Positions 1 to 10,274 of a stretch of DNA of 64,000 nucleotides are shown piece after piece. Below the pieces are notes generated by a model. It searched no databases, was not told the origin of the DNA, and was given only the letters and a program-made list of their open reading frames with translations. The number at the start of each line of letters is the position of its first letter. The stretch's first letter is position 1. Made by a program: the position numbers and the translations under genes. This DNA comes from Lepidodermella squamata (lineage: Eukaryota > Animalia > Gastrotricha): positions 1,240,001 through 1,304,000 of the forward strand of contig JBLDXI010000023.1 in assembly GCA_047495785.1 (NCBI GenBank), read 5' to 3'.

Positions 1-597
1 AGAGAACACAGTCCTAGTTTTTTACATCTTTCATAATACGAGGCACCTTCAATCGATGAATAGTAGTCACTTCTATACAAAAGGCGTTTAGTGAACCGGG
101 CTTGAACCGCCTCCAGGTTGTCAATATCTGTTAAGTAGTACGGTGAGTATAGACCGAAGGGCAAAAATCTAGCCGGAGCGGCTGATTCAACAAATTGAAA
201 TTTTTCTCATGCACTGAAATGAGCGACAAGATAAAACAATTGTACTGCGCAAATGCAAATGTAGAGGTGCGATTGATAGGCGACTAACATCGCGTAATAG
301 GTTTGCGCGTCTTTTTTATTCAAACGGGGTTAATGGACAAATAAATTCGAATTTAGAATTTAGGGCGAAGTTTTATATTTTAAGGCGGCTGATTTTAAGG
401 CAGGTGCGGCATTTCGCGTCAAGGGGCAGAATAGTGCGGACTAGACACGGCGGTGGATTAGTGCGTCAATTAGGCAATGAATGCGGCGTTACATATTTAT
501 TTTTGGGCGACACAAATGGGTCGAACTTTTTCATTTTTGGGCGACAGATTTACACGCCCCCTTTTTAAATCTTATTGTTTATAAACCGTAACGCATT

Positions 598-990
598 TAT
601 TCCGACGTTTCGATTTCTAACAGAAATCATCTTCAGGGATTAGTTAAGAAATTAAATCGAAATTTTAAGTTACAATAATAATTAAGGTTGATGTTTTTAG
701 AACATATTGAAATTATGATCCGATTAGCTATCCATCTTCTTCTTGCACTTCTCATGGAATATCGGCTCCGTAAATAACTTAGCTTTGATCGAGTCGTTTT
801 GTTTGTTTATATTAGGCTTAAGCTTACGAATGTAGAGCATTTCGAGAATAAGGCAATCCCATTTTGTTTGTCCTTTAGCCAGCACCTTGAAGTATTTATC
901 AAGTTCGTTCTTCCCCACGCCATGCTGCTCCATATGTTTGCGTATACCGCACCACCTGTTGATCGCCTGACTCTTTGCATTAGCGTCCCA
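598..990 (-). mobile_element. Penelope-like element 3' remnant (GIY-YIG endonuclease C-terminus plus pLTR with hammerhead)
   Basis: ORF 724-933(-) has FKVLAK...DCLILEMLYIRKLKPNINKQ, typical of the Penelope endonuclease C-terminus. A minimal hammerhead follows about 85 nt downstream on the same strand. Confidence 0.8.
601..639 (-). ncRNA. Minimal type I hammerhead ribozyme (Penelope-type)
   Basis: Minus strand reads TCC-CTGAAGA-T-GATTTCT-gtt-AGAAATC-GAAA-CGTC-GGA: CUGANGA and GAAA boxes, 7-bp stem II, palindromic ACGT stem III, GUC cleavage triplet and TCC/GGA stem I. Confidence 0.85.
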
Positions 991-1277
991 AAAATGATAA
1001 AATGCTAGGAAATTGTTATTTCACAGGCTGGTGACACCTGTGTTTGCTGAGGCGCTAGATTGTTACTAAAAATAGAGATCGTTAAATTGGATAAAATTTA
1101 TCGTTACTGAAATTTTGAGCTCGATGCAGATAAATAAGAAATTTAGATGGTGCCATAAAACCGATAAGTAATTTAGATGTGGTCATTAAACCGATAAGTT
1201 GTAAATTTTATTATAGGTCGAAAATTACTTTTATGGTTAAAAATGCATTTGGCAAGGTTAATTTCACACTGATTTGA

Positions 1278-1898
1278 GGGCCGTAAGGCCCAAATTGACA
1301 GGCGAGGTGAAACCGAGCTCTTTACCGAGGCGTAGCCGAGGATTGTAAATACACGTCCGAGGCAAAGCCGAGGTTCGGCTTTTTTAGCTTTCGTTAAGTT
1401 TTAATTTTTTATTCTTCATTTGGAATTTTGGAGTCTTATTTTGAACGATTATTTGGAATTTTCTTTAAGCGCAGCCTCTTGCCTATTTTTGGTTTTCCGA
1501 GAAAGCGTAGCGAGCACCATATGTTGCTTGGGTACCTTGAAATTAATGTTGCATCGACCAACAAATTTTGCAAAATGAAATGAAGAAACAAATCAGCTTC
1601 AAGATTCACGAGTTGCATCAGGTGTTGATTTTAACAAAATTTTGACCTCATTTATTGGTAAATATTGCAACTCCACCTGATTTTCAGCAAACATTTTTAA
1701 ATCGTCAAGCGATCAACATCTGGTGTTGTATACGAATTGTTATGCATCCTCGCTCTCTGCAATAGCCGCTCGTGCCCCGACTTGGCTACGCCCATAGAGC
1801 TAGTTTTAAGTTAAGTCTATGGCTACGCCTCGTCTTTTTGGGACTCGGCTGACGCCTCGTCAGATAAAATTCAGCACGAGCGGCTATCGCCGAGAGCT
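1278..1898. repeat. Cluster of short GNA-loop hairpins and a small inverted-repeat element
   Basis: Hairpins GGGCCGTAAGGCCC, GCGAGGTGAAACCGAGC, CCGAGGCGTAGCCGAGG and CCGAGGCAAAGCCGAGG at 1278-1373. A 24-nt inverted repeat (about 1752-1775 vs 1874-1897, 22/24 identical) encloses reverse-oriented copies of the same motif. Confidence 0.55.
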
Positions 1899-2095
1899 TG
1901 TATGATAACATACTCCTATATCCGTGTATCGATGACCTTCAATGCGTTGATGTAAGTGTTTGGATGTCATCCCAACATAATCAGTTTCGCACTGATCACA
2001 TTTAAAAAAAAAATTTTTTAATCTTATCGACGAAAAAATCCAGTCGATTCCTCGCTATAGTGTATTCATCGATGCTCCGGAGAAGCGCGTGATTA

Positions 2096-2438
2096 GTGAT
2101 TACAGCAAGTAGCAGTAACACAACCGATTCGGATAGACCTAAAATACGTATACTTTACCAGGATACCAATACTGGGCAATTAGGCAGCGGAATATGGCCT
2201 TTCGAATCAATGCAAGTAGCCTTTGATCGGCTGCGCTCGGCTGCCGAACTACGACATAGAGATCGAACTTCTGGATGATCAAGGCAACGACTCCGTATCT
2301 ATTTCAGAGTTCATACAACGGCTGTATTTTGACTCTGGGACGGAAGAAACTTTTCCCTTAATGGGGGTTCAAGATATAGCGGGTCAAGTCCAAGAACTGC
2401 AATCTCTGATGGTATCGCCGCCTTTGAATTCCATCGAC
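2096..2438 (+). pseudogene. Frameshifted exon 1 of a GABA-B-like GPCR paralog
   Basis: RPKIRILY...GSG...AFDRLRS, then a frameshift into LPNYDIEIELLDDQGNDSVSISEFIQRLYFD. Collinear with exon 1 of the gene at 17509 and ends at the equivalent GT donor (2439). Confidence 0.85.
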
Positions 2439-2618
2439 GTAAGTTGCACACATAGACATAGATAACAGGGTAGCCACTAAGCACACTTTTAGTTAATATT
2501 CTCTTGCAAGATAGCAATCGCAGCTAATGGAAATTTTATAGCCCTTGAACCGAAGATAGTAATTTAGGATGCAACCGCTCCGCAGTTGTAAACAACCGCA
2601 ATATAGCGGTATAATGAT

Positions 2619-4243
2619 ATCGTTAGCGACATTGAATAACTCGGATTTAGGCTTGTTTACATCTGTTTCAAGGTGATAGGTGACAAGTAAAAAGCTAAAA
2701 AGCGGCTTTTTAACTTGACTGAAGAGGCAAACAACAAAAGACTTTTTAATTGTCACCTGTGACCTTGCATTATGTTTCCGATTTTCCGGGTCAAAGTCCA
2801 TTGTCAGCCATTGCTGTCATCCATCAGCCACAGTCAGCTCGCGTGTTGTCGTCCAGAGAGCTTGGTGACTTGGTGACTTGGTGACTTGGTCGTGTCATTG
2901 CAACTTTCAATGCAAATTTCGCATGATTTTTCCAGGTGTTACTTATTACACTGCAGCACCTATAATGTGTTCAGAAAATGATCGGGAAGTCTCTTGCAAC
3001 CTGCTATCAAGAAACGCGGTTGAATTGCGGTTACGTCTATGTTAACCTCTTGCTTTTAGTTCGGAATGAGTTTTTCAAGTAATTTAGGGACTTTTAACCA
3101 CTGTTTAATAATACGGCCAACGATGGTGGATCAAAATGATGCAATTAAACATTTTACAGGTTTGGTGCTACAAAATCATGACAAGAGTAACACTGAGATT
3201 GAAGATTTGCCAAGCGGGCGCAACTCAATGTTACCATATGTTGATTAGAATCAAATCAAAGCTAATTTTTCGTCTTTTTGGTGAAAAGGAGACATCACAC
3301 CAAGATGTATGCTTATTATCAAACAGAATGTTTTTAGCATAGCCAAATTTGCTTGTTGTATACTATATCCGGGTGGATATCATTGGTGGATAGCACGATG
3401 GATATAGGCCTGAAGGCAAGAAGGCTTTCTATGTGGGCCAGGGGCGCAGCCAAAGGCCGGAATGGTGGCATGAAGGACGAATATCCATCGCTGTCCACCG
3501 ATAACACCCGGATATGGTTGTTATCGGGCGTCGAAAATCATAAAATCCGGATAACGGAGCCAAGTTTAGATCCTGGCACCATAAACGCAACCAAGTTAAA
3601 AACAGTGACTTTTTTAAAAATGAAGGCAAATCAGGCAAATCAGGCAAATCAGGCAAAGCAGGCTATGATCTCAAAGCAATGATCAGGCCTTATGCAGAAA
3701 ATTGTTTTGGATTTCTGCTTATCAATCGCGATTTTCCAGAAATATTTGAAAATTCATTACTTCTAACTTCTACAAATGCATTCTGCTTCCCATCTTATTC
3801 GGTTTTACCCCAAGCTAAAAGTCAGTAAAAAGTGAAACCAAATATTTATGTTTTCCTTTTCCCTAAATTCAATTCCTCAAAACGATTAGTATGTAAGTCA
3901 TCAAAGCATAGATACCTTGACCTGAAAAAATATCAAAACGAAAAGCTGATCGATGATGTCATGGTTATTGATGATACAGGTACAAAATAAAGGTTATAGG
4001 TGCTGCCATGGTGCTGCAGTGTAATAAGTAACACCTGGAAAAATCATGCGAAATTTGCATTGAAAATTGCAATGACACGACCAAGTCACCAAGTCACCAA
4101 GTCACCAAGCTCTCTGGACGACAACACGCGAGCTGACTGTGGCTGATGGATGACAGCAATGGCTGACAATGGACTTTGACCCGGAAAATCGGAAAACAGA
4201 TGTAAACAAGCCTAAATCCGAGTTTTTCAACGTCGCTAACGAT
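2619..4243. mobile_element. Non-autonomous element with long (about 240 bp) terminal inverted repeats
   Basis: 2619-2669 plus 2773-2960 are the near-perfect reverse complement of about 4010-4243, including CTTGGTGA x3. The left arm has an extra insert of about 100 bp. No clear TSD. Confidence 0.75.
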
Positions 4244-4712
4244 GTAGAAATATGCGCTAGCACTGGCGGTTCCTTACGTCGCAACACGAACGAAATGTGC
4301 GCAGTAGTTGGGCACATCGTTCGTGCACTCGGCAGGAGGATATAAAAGTCCTCTAAAAAACGGGGAGTTTCCAGTCACTGTCAAAGGCCGCTAGGCCGAC
4401 ACAGCTTAATTTGTTTGTATTATTAAAAGAGCCATCTGGAATATGTTATTTTCGCTTTTTATTGAATAAGATGGTGGATGTGATTCTGGAATAATGATAA
4501 AGTTATTTTTTTGCGAAATCAATAAATCCAGTGCCTCGGTTTGGGATTATATTTATATTATATATTAAAATAATCAGTGTACAGGATTATACAAGGTCAG
4601 CACAACGATTATATACGAGGAACTTAATGACACATTAATCACTTCTCCCTGATTTAACAATAACATCCCATCAACCATCAATCATGTTAGATTTTCACAA
4701 TTATAGCAATTT

Positions 4713-5516
4713 TCATACTCTCACAGCCACAATTCCTGTAATTAGACCGACTCCCCACCCGACTACGGCTCCAACTGCAGTTCCGATGGGTGGAACAAAA
4801 GGAGTTCCGATAGTAGCCCCGGCGGCAGCCCCTGTAAATGATGCACCTAATACAATGAACGGCTTTCGGTGCTCTTCATCGATCCATGCTAAAGCCAAGC
4901 AACCAATACCAAATCCTGCAAGAAGACCAATGGAAATACCAGATCCAGTTAATAACAGGGCAGTGGCTTCCAGAAACAACGGACCCAAGATATTTCTTAG
5001 GATTTCAAGTAGCCTTTCGCGGTCGTCCATGTTAATAAGACGATCAATAATCTCAAATATAATACATTTAAACCGTGGGGTCACTGTTAGCTGGGCTGAA
5101 TCAGTTTTAGTTGTTTTGTATAGTTTGCTGATCCTATCGTCCTGTTGCAAGTATTTCGCACAGTTCGTCGCAATTTCTAGCAACGTTTGGTTTAACACCT
5201 TTTTCTTGACCGCCATGTTCTCGTAGTTTAGAGTATTTAGGTCCTTCGGACTAATTAGTTGGCTTGCCTTCGTATTTTGTAATTCGGCGTCTGATGCTGG
5301 TGGTTTGTGAACTGAACAATTCTCAAGACCGTCTCGGCAGCGCCAGAAATTCGTATATATTTCCAGTTGATGCTTATTGATGTTTAGTTCGCATAATAAA
5401 ATGTTAACCTTTTCTTTTGAGCCAGATGCGTAAACAGTCTTCATTTCCTTCAGCTGCCCCTCGGTGAGTGGGAGGCATTCTTTCATTTTCGTTGAATACA
5501 TTTTGAATGAACGCAT
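4713..5516 (-). CDS. Intronless 267-aa hypothetical protein with C-terminal glycine-zipper/hydrophobic segments
   Basis: Long uninterrupted ORF. C-terminus GAAAGATIGTPFVPPIGTAVGAVVGWGVGLITG carries GxxxG repeats. The N-terminus weakly resembles a helix-turn-helix. Confidence 0.6.
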   Translation of the reverse strand: MRSFKMYSTKMKECLPLTEGQLKEMKTVYASGSKEKVNILLCELNINKHQLEIYTNFWRCRDGLENCSVHKPPASDAELQNTKASQLISPKDLNTLNYENMAVKKKVLNQTLLEIATNCAKYLQQDDRISKLYKTTKTDSAQLTVTPRFKCIIFEIIDRLINMDDRERLLEILRNILGPLFLEATALLLTGSGISIGLLAGFGIGCLALAWIDEEHRKPFIVLGASFTGAAAGATIGTPFVPPIGTAVGAVVGWGVGLITGIVAVRV

Positions 5517-5640
5517 TTTCGTTTTCTATTAAATTTGTAAAATTGTAAATTGTAATATTGTAAAATTTAGAATAATGAACGATGTAATAATGCAATCAGT
5601 TTATTTTTGAAGAATCGTGGATAACAGCACTGAAAGTAGC

Positions 5641-5677
5641 AGCGACGTTTCGACCTCACAGAGGTCATCATCAGGCT
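5641..5677 (-). ncRNA. Minimal hammerhead ribozyme
   Basis: Exact reverse complement of the copy at 6006-6042. Confidence 0.85.
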
Positions 5678-6005
5678 TAAAACATCTAATAACATTTACC
5701 GTGAGGACAATTCAATCAAGCATTCGGTTCAGTAGAGTCATCTTTTACAATTTTCATACCCTTAGTATGTAAGGTAGGTTTGAGACTTTTTAAAAAAATA
5801 TTCTCCGCTGATTTTGGTTCAAAGAAATTCACTGATCTGTAGAGGATACCGGTCATGCTCCTAAGTACTCATTACAATGCAAACACTGCAATTTATAGAC
5901 CACAAACCGTTTTTGACAAGCGCCACCTTCCATGCCATTAGATGACTCTACTAAACCGAATGCTTGATTGAATTGTCCTCACGGTAAATGTTATTAGATG
6001 TTTTA

Positions 6006-6042
6006 AGCCTGATGATGACCTCTGTGAGGTCGAAACGTCGCT
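6006..6042 (+). ncRNA. Minimal hammerhead ribozyme
   Basis: AGC-CTGATGA-T-GACCTC-tgt-GAGGTC-GAAA-CGTC-GCT: intact catalytic core, stems I and II, palindromic stem III and GUC site. Confidence 0.85.
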
Positions 6043-7362
6043 GCTACTTTCAGCGTTGTTATCCACGATTCTTCAAAAATAAACTGATTGAATCTTTTAT
6101 CTTTTACTTACGAAAGTCATGAGACGTAGGCAGAGTAGGCTACGTCTCATGACGAATTACTTGGTGAGTTCCCACCATGCATAGAACAAAACGACAAGCA
6201 GAATGATCCTACACAAGGAAATAGTGAAATGTAGACATGCTTATACGATATTATATTTTGTAAGAAATTTGACGTGGGAAGAGTGTCAATAATTTGTACA
6301 CATTCATATGACAACTCTGTAATGTGAATCATACGACGGAAACAATAATTTATTTTGAGCTGGTCTGAATTTTTGTTCTAGCGATCGTTATCAGCATCTA
6401 TTACCGTGGAAATAGCTATTCCTTATCTCAGCCGGCCTGCGAGCTTGAATAGTCGAATGAGATAAGCGCATTGGGTAGTAACTTAGTAATCTACTAATGA
6501 TTCATATTGCAGTCATTCTGGCAATGTCTGGGTTAGCAGTGCTTGGTAGCCTGTTTTACGACCACTTCAGAGGCGGCGACAAAATGCTGACATTGCGTCG
6601 AAATATCGAAACAGTTTTCTTCAGACAGCAAAATGCTTTGTGATAGAATAAATTTTTATTATCAGCTATCAAAAATTCGAAATAAAACGAATTGTGCGAT
6701 CAGTGTTGGGGATTTGATTTGTGAAAGATTTCAACATTCAAAATTCAAATATTTATTTCAATTTTCACGATTTTAGACCTTTTTGGCTGTGATTTGATTT
6801 CTGGGATTTATTTCAAAAAACAAAGATTTAATTAGCTCAAAAAAGTTTGATTTTAGGGATTTCAAAATCAAACACGGGAATTTTTCCCGGCAGGATGTAA
6901 GGTGAAAAGATTACAGCCATCCACTGTTTAGAAACTGTCAGGCGGTTATGACGCGTTAAAATCGCCAATTTGGCTCAACGGCTTGAAAAGTACCGTATTT
7001 TCAGGGGTGTTTTGCGGCCAATTTTCAATGCCAGGAAATCTTTCCGTCGGGTTCTAACCATGACAGTCGAATAGAGCGCCCTCGGTTCTATAACCCCGTA
7101 AGATTTCAAGCCCGCGGGAGCCACTGTTAGGCGGTTATGACGCGTCAAAAACGCCAAAACAGCGCTCCCCGACTTATCCGTCAGATTTTACCTCAAACTG
7201 CCCCTTCCACTTCAGTGAAGTTTTCGACATTGATACCCGACGAGACAGTGACGTCCTTAATTGAAAATAGTATGATAACTTTATTTTCAAGGTATCTCGT
7301 ACATATTTTGTTTATGTTTTTTTACCGTAGTCATACCGTAGTACTTGCCGGAAGCAATCGTA

Positions 7363-7982
7363 TACCGTAAATCAGTGTGGTCCACGGGCTGACTCCGGAG
7401 TCATTTGGACTCTTTTGAGCATTTTTTTGACTCATGGCTGACTCCGATACTAAATAATTTTTGACTCCGAAACGAGTCAGAAGATCACTTAAAAATGACT
7501 CCGGGTCTGAAATTGACTCCAAAACGGACTGTCTTTGACGCCGGATTGCTTTTTTACCCTCGTCCTAATATATCCCTGGTCCAAAAAGTCGAAAAAATAT
7601 CGTCAGCTAAAGCTCGCTTCGCTCGCAGGTGGCTTTTTCTAGTTGCAGTGGCGCAAAAAATGACGAATTTTGTTGAAAACCAGTCGAACCTCGCCAAAAG
7701 TTGCAGCGACAGGTGAATATAGGGAGCGATTTTCGCGCTATAATGGAAATTGGAGTGATATTTAGACGTAATATTCACTGGTTTTTTGGCGTTTTTTTGG
7801 TTTTGACTCTTTCGCCCAGTTTTGACTCCGGTTTGTGTCTCGCCAGTTTACGCCCGTGGACCACACTGCCGTAAATGTTCAAATACTAGCCCATCTCGAA
7901 TAAAAGCCCACCCAAGCAACGATACATTGACCTAGAAGCCCATCTCGAATAGTAGCCTGGGCTATTACCTAAATTAGTACGG
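7363..7982. mobile_element. Small TACCGTA...TACGG (pogo/Tigger-like) MITE interrupted by a hAT MITE
   Basis: TACCGTA start and TACGG end, with internal AGCCCATCTCGAATA direct repeats and a TAGCCCA/TGGGCTA inverted repeat. Confidence 0.4.
7373..7868. mobile_element. hAT-type MITE
   Basis: Perfect 17-bp TIR CAGTGTGGTCCACGGGC, perfect 8-bp TSD CCGTAAAT (7365-7372 and 7869-7876) and many subterminal GACTCC motifs. Confidence 0.9.
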
Positions 7983-8147
7983 CCATAACAAAGTGACTCA
8001 TTGACTCATTTTTCGCCAAAACAAGTGGTTCTATAGCTTCATCTCAGCGAAATGAAAATTATGAAGGTTTAAATGATGAAGGAGAGCCTATTAATAGCAG
8101 TGATTAAAGCGACGATGGGGCGGAAATTTTCCCAGAAGATGATTTAA

Positions 8148-8357
8148 CCCTTTCCGTGCCGACGTTTTCTCGTCGAGAATCAAGCCTTTTCATTAGCTAT
8201 TTGTATTTCGCAGGTGAATTTCGGTTTTCGGCTGTTGCTATTGTTTACTTATCCTTTGTGCAAACACGAAACACGCGTGGAGAGAGCGCGAATCAATGCG
8301 CGCATTGCGTGTGTTGCGCAACTCGTCAAACAACGGCTTGTACCGGGCTGAAAAGGG
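8148..8357. mobile_element. piggyBac-like MITE
   Basis: TTAA-CCCTTT ... AAAGGG termini; the right-hand TTAA is degenerate. Confidence 0.45.
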
Positions 8358-8760
8358 CTATGACAATTTTTGCACTATTTTTCGACTGCCGCGTCAGAAA
8401 ACACAACTTTCACATATTTTCCCAAATTTTATTCAAATGAACAGGTGATAAAAAAGGAAAAACGACAGATCAAAAATCAAATCGATGAATCGTCACAAAA
8501 CAACCAACACAAAAAGTAAACATATCGAAACAACGAGATTGCATTTTCACCAGCGCGCTAAATAGTTGCGCTACCTTTTGTTTTTTGCTTACTTGCTTGT
8601 TTTTCAGCATATTTCTTTCTATGCCGACTACAGTCGATGATATTTCTGCATAAAGCAGTCCTGATAAAAGAATTCAATTGACAATTTTGCACCGTCAAAG
8701 TGACTACATCGTCAATGAAATTTTTATCCTCTACTATCGGGGTTTTCTGATGTGACTCAA

Positions 8761-9488
8761 AAAATTTTGCACATTTTCCGGCCCGCCGGTGTTTCCTCCG
8801 CGCGCGCGCTCCTATTGGTTGGCTCGTTTTACGCGTAAATACGCCTCGCTCGCATTTATTGCGCAACAAATAATTGCAGCCTCCCTCGTGCGCGCGCAGG
8901 AAAATGTACAAGTGCGAAATTCAGGAGAATAACGGCGCACTAGGGGTTGGATATGGAAGGCGAAATTTACGTATTTTCGCATTTTTAATTGGTATTTCAA
9001 GTTGAATTTAAATTTGAACAGAATTTTTCCCTGAATTGTTCAACATCACCCTAAAATAGCCTAAAATAGCGCGCCTAAAATGGCTATTTCCAGTTTTTTT
9101 TTAATTTTATAATTTTTCATTCTTCGAAAAAATCCATCGCATCCTTTCTCTTGAATCAAATTTTTAAATTCTTATGTCGGTGTTTTTGGATACGAACAGA
9201 TAAGTCATCAAATAAAGACGTGTAGGCCGCCACGATGCAGTCAATTTTGTTGTCGTATTAACAATACCAAACATCCTTTTCAAGGGTGGGCTTATATTTT
9301 TGTTGGAAAGCATGCAGCATGCTTGTCTTCCACTTAGCAAACTCTCTTGGACTTAGCGCACGGGCGCTCAGGTGCGCGCGCGCGGGGGTAGGCTATAATT
9401 ATCTTGACATGTTGCGCAATAAGCCCCAACCAATAGCAGCGCGCGCGCGGAGGAAACACCGGCGGGCCGGAAAATGTGCAAAAATTTT
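8761..9488. repeat. Inverted duplication of a GC-rich CCAAT/GCGCGC motif
   Basis: 8761-8822 is almost the exact reverse complement of 9426-9488 (CCAATAG, GCGCGCGCGGAGGAAACACCGGCGGGCCGGAAAATGTGCA). Confidence 0.75.
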
Positions 9489-9602
9489 ACGAGCTCATTC
9501 GCAAATTTGTAAGGTTTTTTGGCGTATTTGCGACGCAGTTTTTGAAAATGTGCATTTTCAAGGCGATAATTGCCCAATGGAAATAAATTGAGACGTCTTC
9601 AC

Positions 9603-10061
9603 TCACAGCCGTCGATCGCTTTTCGCGCTGCCTAGCGATTTGCCGTTAGCTGGCGCAGGAGACAAGGCTCGAACCGCGTCGCGATTATTCACCACTGTCT
9701 CGTCGTTCGTCGCCTGAATCGGAGAATTCGATTGCTCGAAAGCGACTGGCGTCGAATGCTGCGGCGTTGAACTGCGAGCAGCGCCACCTTGTTGAGCGGC
9801 AAAACGGGAGAAATTGTACGTGTCGTCCTCATCGTAGTTTTCACTTTGGACTGCCGGTTCGATCTGCAGTTATCAAATATTTAGAATAAATAAAAAAAAA
9901 TTAAAATTAAAAACTAAACAATTTACCGGTTTGTTTTCATCGCCTGCGCCGTAAAAATGCTCGTTAGCTTTTTTCACTGCACGTTGATGGCGCTCGCTAA
10001 AGCTGGTGGCCGCATCAAAAACGTAAGAGATCAGGCCTAAAGGATTTTTATCAGTTTGCAT
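9603..10061 (-). CDS. Two spliced exons encoding a low-complexity hydrophilic peptide, possibly the C-terminal tail of the upstream GEX1/Brambleberry-like gene
   Basis: Exons 10061-9927 and 9863-9603 are joined in frame by a 63-nt GT-AG intron; there is a TTTAG acceptor before 10061. The peptide includes ...RSSTPQHSTP... Confidence 0.55.
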
Positions 10062-10274
10062 CTAAAAAAAAACAAAAAATGTAAATCAATATTATTTTTT
10101 ATTGCGAGCAACGCGAACGAACGATAAAAAAATGCGGAAAAGCCAATGACACACGTTGAAAACTGCAACAAAGGCGAAGATAGAATGCAGAAAAAAGCAG
10201 CAGGGATCAAATAGTAATTACAATTCCGATTTTACAATGCGATTATTGTACAGCGCACACCGCACACTCAGAAA

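Larger units (their letters stand above)
5593..6090 (-). mobile_element. Penelope-like mini-element: inverted pLTRs around an internally deleted GIY-YIG fragment
   Basis: Inverted arms of about 150 bp at 5593-5743 and 5940-6090, each carrying a hammerhead. The spacer (minus strand) translates to CQKRFVVYKLQCLHCNEYLG and, after a frame change, to ...KSLKPTLHTK, i.e. the N- and C-terminal endonuclease motifs. Confidence 0.8.

Noticed and set aside
139-590. TACGGT...ACCGTA possible MITE
   Set aside because: The inverted match is only about 6 bp, too weak to call.
4378-4405. CTGTCAAA-GGCC-GCTA-GGCC-GACAC, hammerhead-like
   Set aside because: Both catalytic boxes (CUGANGA and GAAA) are mutated; at best a dead relic.
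4684-5226. 180-aa plus-strand ORF
   Set aside because: Antisense shadow of the 267-aa ORF.
6117-6153. Hairpin GTCATGAGACGTAG...CTACGTCTCATGAC as a terminator or miRNA
   Set aside because: A single 14-bp stem with no U-tract or supporting context; too short for a pre-miRNA.
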